Of a stretch of 64,000 nt of DNA, positions 30,601 through 37,493 are shown in pieces. Position 1 is the first letter of the stretch. Each line of letters opens with the position of its first letter. The DNA is from Pontiella sp. (lineage in GTDB: Bacteria; Verrucomicrobiota; Kiritimatiellia; Kiritimatiellales; Pontiellaceae). The stretch covers positions 288,001 to 352,000 of the forward strand of contig JBNKHE010000002.1 of NCBI GenBank assembly GCA_050290185.1, read 5' to 3'. A program made the translations under genes and the position numbers. The notes under the pieces were generated by a model. It saw only the letters and a program-made list of their open reading frames with translations, was not told where the DNA came from and did no database searches.

Positions 30601-30812
30601 CAGGCATTGGTGGTCCCATCAAAGACGGCCGCGCCGTTGGTGAAGGTCACGCCCGACATCACGGTTCCATCCATGCCGTTGCCCGAAGCATCCGAGGCAT
30701 CCGTAGCCAACGGGTAATGGGCGATTAGGTCCAGATTCAGATCCACTGCTGCGCTTGCCGCTCCGCACAGAACAAGTGCGAGCGAAGCCGTATGTATAAA
30801 GTTTTTACTCAC
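24609..30812 (-). CDS. Giant secreted protein: LamG, four RCC1/BLIP-II-like propellers interleaved with DSDSDGL (TSP3-like) repeats, and an FYR C-terminal domain
   Basis: GTG 30812 gives a signal peptide; 27 copies (6+7+7+7) of a ~39-aa WG..GQ..P..VTNAVAIAAG..HSLALL.DG repeat; ends FYRVEVSLH. Confidence 0.88.
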   Translation of the reverse strand: MSKNFIHTASLALVLCGAASAAVDLNLDLIAHYPLATDASDASGNGMDGTVMSGVTFTNGAAVFDGTTNAWIDLPDGFDNFTNGFSFTGWVRYDSFDENYSRVFDFSLGPDNNNILLGHTGFNNSLIYEVRPGTGGWDVPSFYVQGQWDHIALVQASSGQISLYRNGVNIGASTTLALPAYITRTNNFLGRSAWGVDGYLKGALRELRFYNRALGTSEVAALNPDADMDGDGITNQKELDNGLDPAVSNLGLDSDSDGLSDIDEVNTYETDPLKRDSDSDTLTDYMEVHYLGTDPLLADSDSDGLDDQLELPQVIAWGSNSHGETNVPSSVTNAVDIAAGGYHSLALLSDGSVIGWGSNGDGQTTVPASVTNAVAIAGGGNHSLALLSNGSVIGWGRNNYGQTTIPSSVTNVVAISAGLSHSLALQADGSVIAWGDNSYGQTAVPGSVTNAVAISAGLNHNLTLLADGSVIGWGQNNQGQTSVPLSVTNGAAISAGAVHSLALLDDGSVLGWGWNYYGQTNIPASVINAMSISAGGYHNLMLNIALDPLNPDTDSDGLLDGQEVNAGLDPTVSNVGLDSDSDGLSDIDEVSSYETDPLNSDSDSDGLLDGTEVNTVGTDPLNADSDSDGLSDGAEVNTYGTNPLKADSDSDGLSDLDEVNTYGSNPLKADSDSDGLSDLDEVNTYGTNPANRDSDGDTITDYMEIHYLGTNPLSADSDSDGIDDQFEMPQVVGAGINGRGQLNVPASVTNAVSISAGGDQSLALLSDGSLIGWGDNAGIPASATNVVAISSGSFHGLALRADGSVVGWGDNTYGQISAPASVTHAVAIAAGGYHSLALLSNGSVVGWGQSDYGQATVPSSVTNAVAVAAGRVHSLALLSNGTVVAWGYGFNGQTTVPASVTNAVAIAAGELHSLALLSNGSVIAWGYGSDGQTTVPASVTNAVAIAAGETHSLALLGDGSVIGWGKDNYGQITGPSAVPHAIAIAAGSYHSLTLSVTQDPLDSDSDSDGLLDGAEVNTYGTDPLNPDSDSDGLSDGAEVNTYGTNPLKEDTDSDGLSDAQEVNAGLDPTVSNVGQDSDSDGLSDIDEMNTYGTDPLNVDSDSDGLLDGTEVNTFGTDPANPDTDSDGLDDDSEINTYGTNPLKRDSDGDTITDYIEIHNLGTNPLKVDSDSDGLDDQLELPQLIAWGNNSHGETNVPSSVTNAVTIAAGFSHSLALLADGSVAAWGDDTYGQTNMPSSVTNAVAIAAGWYHNLALLPDGSVVGWGRNNDGQTNVPAAVTNAVAISAGGYHSLALLADGSVIGWGGGSQSQTNVPDFVTNAVAIAAGGYHSAALLDDGSVIGWGFNANGESTVPVSATNAVVIAAGKNHSLALRADGSIIGWGYNGYGENTSPASVTNAVAVAAGGNYSLALLADRSVIGWGRNDYGQTNVPVSVTNAREISAGQFHCLTLSATFDPLNADMDSDGLLDGEEVNAYGTDPMNPDSDSDGLSDGAEVNTYGTNPLKEDTDSDGLSDAQEINLGLDPTVSNVGLDSDSDGLSDLDEVNTYGTDPLDSDSDLDGLTDGAEVNTVGTNPLNSDSDSDGLLDGQEVNSGLDPLVSNVGLDSDSDGLSDIDEVNKYGTDPLNADSDSDTITDYMEIHYLGTNPLKADSDSDGLDDLLEMPEIIAWGDNSAGQITIPVSATHAVAVAAGWNHNLALLTDGSVIAWGWNDNGQTNVPSSVSNAVAIAAGGLHSLALLADGSVIAWGYGFNGQTNVPASATNVVAITSGGSHSLALLADGSVIGWGYNGYGQTTVPASVTNAVSIAAGSGHSLALLADGSVIGWGRHDFGQTAIPASVTNAEAISAGLFHSLALLADGSVIAWGDNSYGQTTVPASVTNAVAIASGLYHNLALLADGSVVGWGDDTTGQTTIPASATHAIAISAGTGHSLALSATLDPLNPDSDSDGLPDGWEVAHSLNPTNSADAALDVDGDGANAYAEYVADTDPQNPGDRFRIEQAILGSSNTFTFTGSPARFYTLYWSTNLANSTGWQPVQGQSFFPGTGPGTMLSDTNQLPACFYRVEVSLH

Positions 30813-30956
30813 TTCAATTTCCCTTTCAATTCCGCTTGGAAAAGCATGTTCTATTCCTGTTTCCAGAAAATTAGCCATCAATAACGGTTCTGGATCGAAT
30901 GGCACCCAGTCAAGGCGTATTGAATGGATTTTCCAAGCATTCAGCTCCTCGTCCGG

Positions 30957-31060
30957 GCAGGCGAGCCGCCTGCGATACGTCTACCGTACCGCCCGCTGCC
31001 AGCGGGCTTCGGAGCCGCTAGGATGGCGGCGATACAAACTGTACCGCAGTTCCGCGGTCC
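30957..31060. repeat. Intergenic REP cluster (BIME-like)
   Basis: GCAGGCGAGCCGCCTGCGATAC (30957-30978), GTACCGCCCGCTGCCAGCGGGC (30986-31007), GCCGCTAGGATGGCGGCGATAC (31014-31035), GTACCGCAG... (31041); alternating orientation with the same GTAYCGC head as the REPs in the radical SAM gene. Confidence 0.8.
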
Positions 31061-31168
31061 GATCCGGTCACCGAGGTCGGCGGCAACGCCAAGATCGCAG
31101 AGAGAGAATACAAAAAACCTGCTTCGCGAATCTTAGAGTCCTATGCGCCTTTGCGTTGAACCGTGGAA

Positions 31169-33103
31169 TCAAAAGAACCCGCCGTCGTTCTGGAGCAGGT
31201 CTTCGGGTATTTCGGAAATGAAGCGCGAGGGATCGAGGAAGATCATGCCGCCGTCGCGTTGGCGGCGCACCATCGGCGAGCAGAGAAACAGCTCGTCCTC
31301 GGCGCGGGTGACGGCGACGTAGAAGAGCCGGCGCTCTTCGGCATCGCCCGATTCCTCGATCGACTTCTTGCTTGGGAACATGTCCTCGTTGACGAACAGG
31401 ATGAAAACCGCCTTCCACTCCAACCCCTTGGCCTGGTGGACCGTGGACAAGCGGATGGAGTTGCGGCTGTCTTCGTCGGACGGCGCCTTGCCGCTCTCGG
31501 CATCCAAATTAGTGAGCAGGGCAATCTCCTGGAGGAAGGATTCTGCTGAATCAAACTTCACGGTGAAATCGATCAAACCATCAATATCCTCCTGCCGGAA
31601 TTTATGGTTATCGAAGTTTTCAACCATGTATTCTTTATAGAACGCCTTCACAAAACGGAAGATGACTTCCCCCGGATCGTTGGAAAGATTTTCTTCGCGA
31701 TAGGCGATGAAAATATCCTGAATCTTATGCCACTCGTCCTTCGCCGCCGCGGGCAATGCTGAAAGTACCGCCTCGCAAGTTTCGGGACGCTGTAAGTTTA
31801 CACGGCTTCCAAGCTTCTTGAAAATTTTAACCGCGGTTTTGGCTCCAACCTTTGGAAATAACTGAACGAGGCGGGAGAAAGCCATTTCATTGGCCGGATT
31901 GACCAGAAGTTGCAAGAGACAGCAGACATCCTTGATATGCGCCTTCTCGAAAAAGCGGACGCCTGATGTTAGCGCATAAGGCATGCCCGCCCGATTGAGC
32001 TCCATTTCCAGTTCCATGGCGTGGAAGTGGGAACGGTAAAGTACGCACATTTCCGAGAGCGGCATACCGCTTCGGTTCAGTTCGAGCGCTTTTTCAATCA
32101 CGTAGCGCGCCTGTACCGATCCATCGCGCACCTTTGCAAGATGCGGCATGGCACCGGTTTCGCGAACAGCCTGCAATTCCTTTTGGAACTGCTCCGGATT
32201 GCCGGCGATCACCTCGTTGGCCACCTCCAGAATTTCCGGCGTACTGCGGTAGTTCGTCTGCAAAAGATACCTAGTTGCTTCGGGGAAATAGTCTTCAAAA
32301 CGAAGGAAATTCTTAAAATCTGCGCCACGCCAAGAATAGATACTCTGGAAGTCGTCCCCAACTACCATCAAATTTCCATGTCGCTTAACCAACAAATGCA
32401 CCATCTCAGCCTGAATGGTATTGGTATCCTGATATTCATCAACTAGCACATACATGAATTCATGCTGAAAGAAAGTTCGGACGGCTTCATTCTCCACTAA
32501 AAGCTTGTGGGCATAAATCAGAAGGTCATCAAAATCCATAGCATTGGAATCCTTCTTCCGTTGCTGGTAAAGGTTGTGGACTTTGATTACGGTATCGGCA
32601 TCAACTTCAGAATACTCGAACTGCTCATCAATTGCTGCGTTCAAATCGCCCATCCGGCCGCTGACCACACCGAACAGACTCAACAATACCTCTGGTTTCG
32701 GAAAATGCTTCTTCTCAACGCCAATTTCATCAGCGCACATTCGAAGCAACTTTTTTGCATCATCTGCATCTAATATAGTGAAATCACTTCCAAAACCAAC
32801 CTTGCTGGCCTGTGCACGAAGTAAATAGTTCGAAAAATGATGGAAGGTTCCACTGAACTTACTTGTGAACGGATGCCCGATTAGATCTTCCGCACGAGAA
32901 AGCATTTCCCTAGCTGCTTTATTAGTGAACGTCAGCAAGAGGATTCGTTTGGGATCAATTTTCTTCTCTCGTACAAGATAGGCCAAACGATAAATCAGCG
33001 TACGGGTTTTTCCGGTTCCTGCGGCGGCAATTACCAGCGATGCTCCATCGGATGCGGTGACGGCGGCATACTGTTCTTCGTTGAGTTCTTCCTTAAAATT
33101 CAT
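31169..33103 (-). CDS. uvrD: UvrD/PcrA/Rep family helicase
   Basis: AAAGTGKT, LTFTNKAA, GTFH, LVDEYQDTN, VGDDFQSIYSWRGA, NYRST, STVHQAKGLEW, EERRLFYVAVTRA; ATG at 33103. Confidence 0.93.
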   Translation of the reverse strand: MNFKEELNEEQYAAVTASDGASLVIAAAGTGKTRTLIYRLAYLVREKKIDPKRILLLTFTNKAAREMLSRAEDLIGHPFTSKFSGTFHHFSNYLLRAQASKVGFGSDFTILDADDAKKLLRMCADEIGVEKKHFPKPEVLLSLFGVVSGRMGDLNAAIDEQFEYSEVDADTVIKVHNLYQQRKKDSNAMDFDDLLIYAHKLLVENEAVRTFFQHEFMYVLVDEYQDTNTIQAEMVHLLVKRHGNLMVVGDDFQSIYSWRGADFKNFLRFEDYFPEATRYLLQTNYRSTPEILEVANEVIAGNPEQFQKELQAVRETGAMPHLAKVRDGSVQARYVIEKALELNRSGMPLSEMCVLYRSHFHAMELEMELNRAGMPYALTSGVRFFEKAHIKDVCCLLQLLVNPANEMAFSRLVQLFPKVGAKTAVKIFKKLGSRVNLQRPETCEAVLSALPAAAKDEWHKIQDIFIAYREENLSNDPGEVIFRFVKAFYKEYMVENFDNHKFRQEDIDGLIDFTVKFDSAESFLQEIALLTNLDAESGKAPSDEDSRNSIRLSTVHQAKGLEWKAVFILFVNEDMFPSKKSIEESGDAEERRLFYVAVTRAEDELFLCSPMVRRQRDGGMIFLDPSRFISEIPEDLLQNDGGFF

Positions 33104-33176
33104 AACGGCGCACCATAGCGGAACGCCCAAAGCGGGAAAAGGAATTTGCCGAGCGAAGCAATTGTGAGGGAAAAAG

Positions 33177-33252
33177 TGGAGCCAATGATCGGAGTCGAAC
33201 CGATGACCTATTCATTACGAATGAATTGCTCTACCAACTGAGCTACATTGGC
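33177..33252 (-). tRNA. tRNA-Thr(CGT)
   Basis: GCCAATGTAGCTCAGTTGGTAGAGCAATTCATTCGTAATGAATAGGTCATCGGTTCGACTCCGATCATTGGCTCCA: 76 nt cloverleaf, anticodon CGT, encoded CCA. Confidence 0.97.
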
Positions 33253-33336
33253 CTCGTTAAAGGAGATGAAGTGTTTACGAAAATGCGCTGAGCGGGTCAA
33301 TCTGCATTTGCCGGATTTTTGCGGGGCGCAGGAAAT

Positions 33337-34158
33337 CTATTGTATGGCGGAGAGCTGGTTGAGCTGCAGGTTCAGGTCCTGCCAGAGGGTCGGGGTGGCG
33401 AACTGGGGATATTCACCCCCGTTATCGGACATTTCGAGCACCGTGACCCAATCCGACCCGGCGACACAAACGGCTTCGAGCCGGAAATCGTCGAGCACGC
33501 GCCGCGATGCCAACGTGATCTGATCACACTCGACGATCACCTGAACCACCTGGCGTTTGACCAGGCGCCCAACCTTTACATCAAAATTGGCGTCATCGAT
33601 CGAGGCCAGCTCGTTGCCCTTTTCATCCAGCCACATGATCTTGGCGTCTTTCAACTGCAGCCGGGTTTTATCATTAATGGCATACGGCGGGAAAACCGGG
33701 ATCGAATCGTCCGGCCCCTTTTGCACGGAATTCAACCCGACGGCAGCCCCCAGCCGGCGTCCGATGCCATGCAATACCAGCGGCTCCCAGTTTCCCGAGG
33801 TCGGCACCCGCTGAAAACGGATCTCAGCATTCTTCAGCCGCAGCTTCTTCACGAACGGTTTGTCGGAGGATAGAAAGGAAAGCCAGTTGAAGGAGATCTT
33901 CACATCCGGCATTTCAGCTCCCTGAATAAGCAGCCCTTTCAGCCGAATCCCCATCAAGGGTGTTGCTCCGCACTTTTCCAGCGAAACGGGCAACCGGGTA
34001 CCGTTGGAAATCTTGTCGGCAACCAGGGAACGAACGCCTTCCGTTCTGGAAATCAGATGGGCCCCGATGTAAAGAATAAGAAATACCAGCCCCCCGGTGA
34101 TCAGCCTGCGCTTTAGCCGCTTGTCCCCACCGCTCTTCGCTGACTTCTTTTTAGCCAT
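33337..34158 (-). CDS. Hypothetical membrane-anchored protein (AsmA-like N-terminus)
   Basis: Basic N-terminus, TM helix, beta-rich body; start overlaps the proC stop. Confidence 0.65.
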   Translation of the reverse strand: MAKKKSAKSGGDKRLKRRLITGGLVFLILYIGAHLISRTEGVRSLVADKISNGTRLPVSLEKCGATPLMGIRLKGLLIQGAEMPDVKISFNWLSFLSSDKPFVKKLRLKNAEIRFQRVPTSGNWEPLVLHGIGRRLGAAVGLNSVQKGPDDSIPVFPPYAINDKTRLQLKDAKIMWLDEKGNELASIDDANFDVKVGRLVKRQVVQVIVECDQITLASRRVLDDFRLEAVCVAGSDWVTVLEMSDNGGEYPQFATPTLWQDLNLQLNQLSAIQ

Positions 34159-34948
34159 CTGCCAGTTCCTTTGACCGTGCCTGCGCCGCCAAAAGCGCCG
34201 CAATAATGGAATCCTTAACGCCGCGCTCTTCCATGGTATTGATGGCCGCCGCGGTTGTACCGCCCTTGGAGGTGACCTTCTGGCGTAACGCTCCGGCCTC
34301 CTCGCCGGTTTCTTTCATCAGCTTTGCTGCTCCAATGACGGTGGCCAGTGCCAGCTCACGCGAAGTTCCCTCTGCAAGACCCATCTGATCCGCCGCCGCC
34401 AGCATGCTTTCGAGGAGGTAGAAGACATAGGCCGGACCGCTTCCGCTTAAAGCCGTAACCGCATCGATCTCCTCTTCCTTTACAATAACGGCCGCCCCGA
34501 CGGCACCCATCAGCTTTTCAGCAACGGCCAGATCGGGTTCAGTGGCGTATTCGCCGGCCGCGATTCCGGCCGCGCCTTCGCCCACCAAGGCGGGCGTATT
34601 GGGCATGACCCGCACCACGCGAATAGGCTTGCTGCCTGCAATCTTTTTGGAGGGGATGCCGGCCATGATGCTCACCACCAGCGCATCGGGCTGGAGTGCA
34701 CCGTCGATTTCCGGCCAGACGGAAGGAAAGATCTGCGGCTTGACGGAAAGCACCACCACATCAGACTGTGCGACTGCAGACGCGTTATCCAATGCGGTGC
34801 CTACGCCATATTTGCTCTTGAAATGACCCAGCCGCTCAGCGGATATATCCGTGACGCACACATCCGCAGCCTCGACTACACCATTTCCCACAATTCCCGC
34901 AACAATGGCCTCCGCCATGTTGCCCGCTCCGATAAAAGTAATATTCAT
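34151..34948 (-). CDS. proC: Pyrroline-5-carboxylate reductase
   Basis: FIGAGNMAEAI, SVKPQ, RVMPNTP, TALSGSGPAY, VTSKGGTT. Confidence 0.96.
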   Translation of the reverse strand: MNITFIGAGNMAEAIVAGIVGNGVVEAADVCVTDISAERLGHFKSKYGVGTALDNASAVAQSDVVVLSVKPQIFPSVWPEIDGALQPDALVVSIMAGIPSKKIAGSKPIRVVRVMPNTPALVGEGAAGIAAGEYATEPDLAVAEKLMGAVGAAVIVKEEEIDAVTALSGSGPAYVFYLLESMLAAADQMGLAEGTSRELALATVIGAAKLMKETGEEAGALRQKVTSKGGTTAAAINTMEERGVKDSIIAALLAAQARSKELADG

Positions 34949-34964
34949 TCTTCTTATTCCTAAT

Positions 34965-35389
34965 TTTTCACCACAGAGGACACAGAGAGGACTATATTTT
35001 GAGCCGTTTTATCCCATCAACTAACCGTTCAACATTGAAGTTGATCAACAATCCCGTTCCGATCCCTGATATTTTCATATACGTCAAAGTCTGGGCAGTA
35101 TGAATTCCCTTTAACTCCTCCACCGATTTCAACTCAACGACCAGCCGGTCTTCGACGAGAAGGTCTATTCGATATCCGCAGTCCAGAGTCACATCCTTAT
35201 AGCCGACCGCCAATGGATGCTCCATCTTGAATACAATTCCCTGCAATTTAAGCTCATACGCCAATGCATGCAGATAAACAGATTCCAATAATCCCGGACC
35301 GAGAGTCCGATGCACCTCAATTGCACATCCTATCACTTTTGCTGTTAAGGGATCTTTCTCCATTTTCTCTGTGCCCTCTGTGGTGAAAA
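34965..35389. mobile_element. Inverted-repeat-bounded GxxExxY cassette between yggS and proC
   Basis: TTTTCACCACAGAGGACACAGAGA (34965-34988) and TCTCTGTGCCCTCTGTGGTGAAAA (35366-35389) are 23/24 complementary and lie 2-3 bp from the gene ends. Confidence 0.75.
34992..35363 (-). CDS. GxxExxY protein (PD-(D/E)XK nuclease fold)
   Basis: IGCAIEVHRTLGPGLLESVY, YRIDLLVE, VELKSV, HTAQTLTY, GLLINFN; ATG at 35363. Confidence 0.93.
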   Translation of the reverse strand: MEKDPLTAKVIGCAIEVHRTLGPGLLESVYLHALAYELKLQGIVFKMEHPLAVGYKDVTLDCGYRIDLLVEDRLVVELKSVEELKGIHTAQTLTYMKISGIGTGLLINFNVERLVDGIKRLKI

Positions 35390-36064
35390 TCACCTGCTAC
35401 CAAACAGATCGGTTCCGATGCGCACCCAGGTGCTACCCTCTTCGATAGCGATTTCGAGATCGTGCGACATGCCCATGGAAAGCTCGGGCAATGGTGTTCC
35501 GGTTTCTTCCTGCAGTCGATCACGCAGTTCGCGCAGCGCGACGAAATGGCTGCGCGCTTTTTCGGGGTCCGCAGTAAACGGCGGAATGGTCATCAAACCG
35601 TGCACTTCGACCTTTTGCATTTGGTTGGCGGCGTCAATCACCCCGGCTACCTCATCGGGCTTCATGCCCGACTTGGATGCCTCGCCGGAGACATTGACCT
35701 GCAGCAACACCGGCAGCGTCGTTCCGGCATGGGCATCCAGCGCCTGCAACAGCTTCAGCGAATCGACCGAATGCACCATTTGAAAAAGCTTTGCCGCGAT
35801 TTTGGCCTTGTTGCTCTGCAAGTGGCCGATCAGGTGCCATTCGAGCCCGGACGGGCACATCGGAATCTTGGCTTGCGCCTCCTGCACCTTGTTTTCGCCA
35901 AACAACCGCAACCCGCATCCGGCGGCTTCGCGCACCGCTTCCGGGGGCTTGGTTTTCGACACCGCCAGCAAGCGCACGCTGTCGCGCGTCCGACCCGCCT
36001 TTTCGCAGGCCGCCATGATTCGGTTTTCGACGGCTTCCAATCGTTCTAAAAATGATTCTTCCAT
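35390..36064 (-). CDS. yggS: PLP homeostasis protein YggS/PROSC
   Basis: LAVSKT, FGENKVQE, WHLIGHLQSNK, QVNVSGEASKSG, GLMTIPP, LSMGMSHD, VRIGT.LFG. Confidence 0.95.
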   Translation of the reverse strand: MEESFLERLEAVENRIMAACEKAGRTRDSVRLLAVSKTKPPEAVREAAGCGLRLFGENKVQEAQAKIPMCPSGLEWHLIGHLQSNKAKIAAKLFQMVHSVDSLKLLQALDAHAGTTLPVLLQVNVSGEASKSGMKPDEVAGVIDAANQMQKVEVHGLMTIPPFTADPEKARSHFVALRELRDRLQEETGTPLPELSMGMSHDLEIAIEEGSTWVRIGTDLFGSR

Positions 36065-36242
36065 ACCGCACAGCTCCGCATATTTGTTGAATTATTGCCT
36101 ACAGTAGACCACGTTTGTTCAGCATAGAAAATACCTGATTTCATTTGAGCCTTTTTGGCCCTCTATATATACTCCGCTCAAGTAAAGGTTGAGAGAAGAG
36201 AGAGCCTTCCAACCACTTCACATAAACCCAAAGGAGAGAGTT

Positions 36243-36779
36243 ATGAAGAAAGTCACTATGATCGCACTGGGATGCATGCTGGCCTCATCCGTATTGGCGG
36301 AAGAATCAAAACCATTTCAGGCCAGCCTGACCCCCGATATTGCCATTCATTCCAGTGACACCCGAATTAATGGCGTGGCACTCAGCATTTGGGGCGAAAA
36401 CCCGCAAAGCGCCTTTGCCCTTGGCTTCGTAAACGGATCCACCGGCGACAGCGTTGGCCTCTCCATTGGACTGGCAAACTATGCCGAAAACTACACCGGC
36501 GTTCAATGGGGTATTTTCAATTGCACCAGCGGATCCTTTGTTGGATGGCAGGACGGCTTTGTGAACTACGCCAACAACATGAAGGGGCTCCAATCGGGCG
36601 CCGTTAATATCGCCAACAACCTTACAGGTCTTCAATGGGGATGGGTGAACTATGCCAAGACCGTCGACAATGGCGTGCAGATTGGCCTCGTCAACCTTAT
36701 GCCGGAAAACGAATGGTTCAGCAACTTCCCGGATGAACTGGCGAAAGGAATGGTTATCGTCAACTGGCACTTCGAATAA
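36243..36779 (+). CDS. Exported LA_2272-family repeat protein
   Basis: Signal peptide; G(V/L)QxGxxN repeats. Confidence 0.75.
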   Translation: MKKVTMIALGCMLASSVLAEESKPFQASLTPDIAIHSSDTRINGVALSIWGENPQSAFALGFVNGSTGDSVGLSIGLANYAENYTGVQWGIFNCTSGSFVGWQDGFVNYANNMKGLQSGAVNIANNLTGLQWGWVNYAKTVDNGVQIGLVNLMPENEWFSNFPDELAKGMVIVNWHFE

Positions 36780-36830
36780 CCCTGGGCGCACCATCATGAA
36801 AAGCCCGCGGTTTTAGGGCTTTCACCAGAC

Positions 36831-36868
36831 AAGAGGGTCGCATTATGCAATGCGGCCTTCTTGCTTTT
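36831..36868 (+). terminator. Probable intrinsic terminator
   Basis: AAGAGGGTCGCATT-ATGC-AATGCGGCCTTCTT followed by GCTTTT. Confidence 0.55.
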
Positions 36869-36968
36869 GGCCAGACAAGCAAGGTTCTAGTGCAGACGCT
36901 TTGAGATTGAGAAAGCTGCAGAATCCAATTAGTTTCCCATGCTCATCAAAACAACACGGAGAGCCCGC

Positions 36969-37481
36969 ATGAAATCGATTTTCGCCATACTCGCACTGAC
37001 CTGCAGCCTTGCGGCTTCGGCGTTTGCAGAAAGCAAACCGTTCCAGGCCAGCCTTACCCCCGAAATCGCAACCCAGCCCCGCTTTATGCTCATCGAAGGG
37101 TTATGCCTCAACATCTGGGGGGAAAACGAACAAAAGGCCATTGCTCTCGGTCTTGTTAACGGTTCAATTGGCGACAGTGTCGGCGTTTCGCTTGGCGGCT
37201 TGAACTATGCCGAAAACTACAAGGGCGTGCACCTCGGCCTCGTAAACTATACCAGCGGACAATTCAGCGGGGCACAGGCCGGCTGGATGATGGGTTTCAG
37301 CGCCATCAACTACGCCGGCTCGCTAACCGGCCTTCAGCTGGGACTCTTCAACTATGCCGAAACCGCCGAAAACGGCATCCAGATCGGCGTCATCAACATC
37401 ATCAACCAAACCGAAACCTGGTTCGACAACTTCCCGAACGAGGTTGCTCCGGGCATGATTCTAGTGAACTGGAGCCTGTAA
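36969..37481 (+). CDS. Exported LA_2272-family repeat protein (tandem paralog)
   Basis: Shares ESKPFQASLTP, IWGEN and WFxNFPxE..GM..VNW with the upstream gene. Confidence 0.75.
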   Translation: MKSIFAILALTCSLAASAFAESKPFQASLTPEIATQPRFMLIEGLCLNIWGENEQKAIALGLVNGSIGDSVGVSLGGLNYAENYKGVHLGLVNYTSGQFSGAQAGWMMGFSAINYAGSLTGLQLGLFNYAETAENGIQIGVINIINQTETWFDNFPNEVAPGMILVNWSL

Positions 37482-37493
37482 AGGACAAAGATG

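Larger units (their letters stand above)
22198..31275. mobile_element. Genomic islet delimited by a uvrD 3' duplication; no integrase seen
   Basis: Direct repeats at 22198-22304 and 31169-31275 flank two secreted LamG genes and a REP cluster. Confidence 0.7.

Noticed and set aside
24609..30812. Diversity-generating retroelement or CRISPR array behind the 117-bp repeats
   Set aside because: The repeats are in-frame coding units; no reverse transcriptase, template repeat, cas gene or repeat-spacer structure is present.
33177..33252. tRNA-Thr as the island attachment site
   Set aside because: I found no duplicate of its 3' end in the window; the duplicated sequence is the uvrD end.
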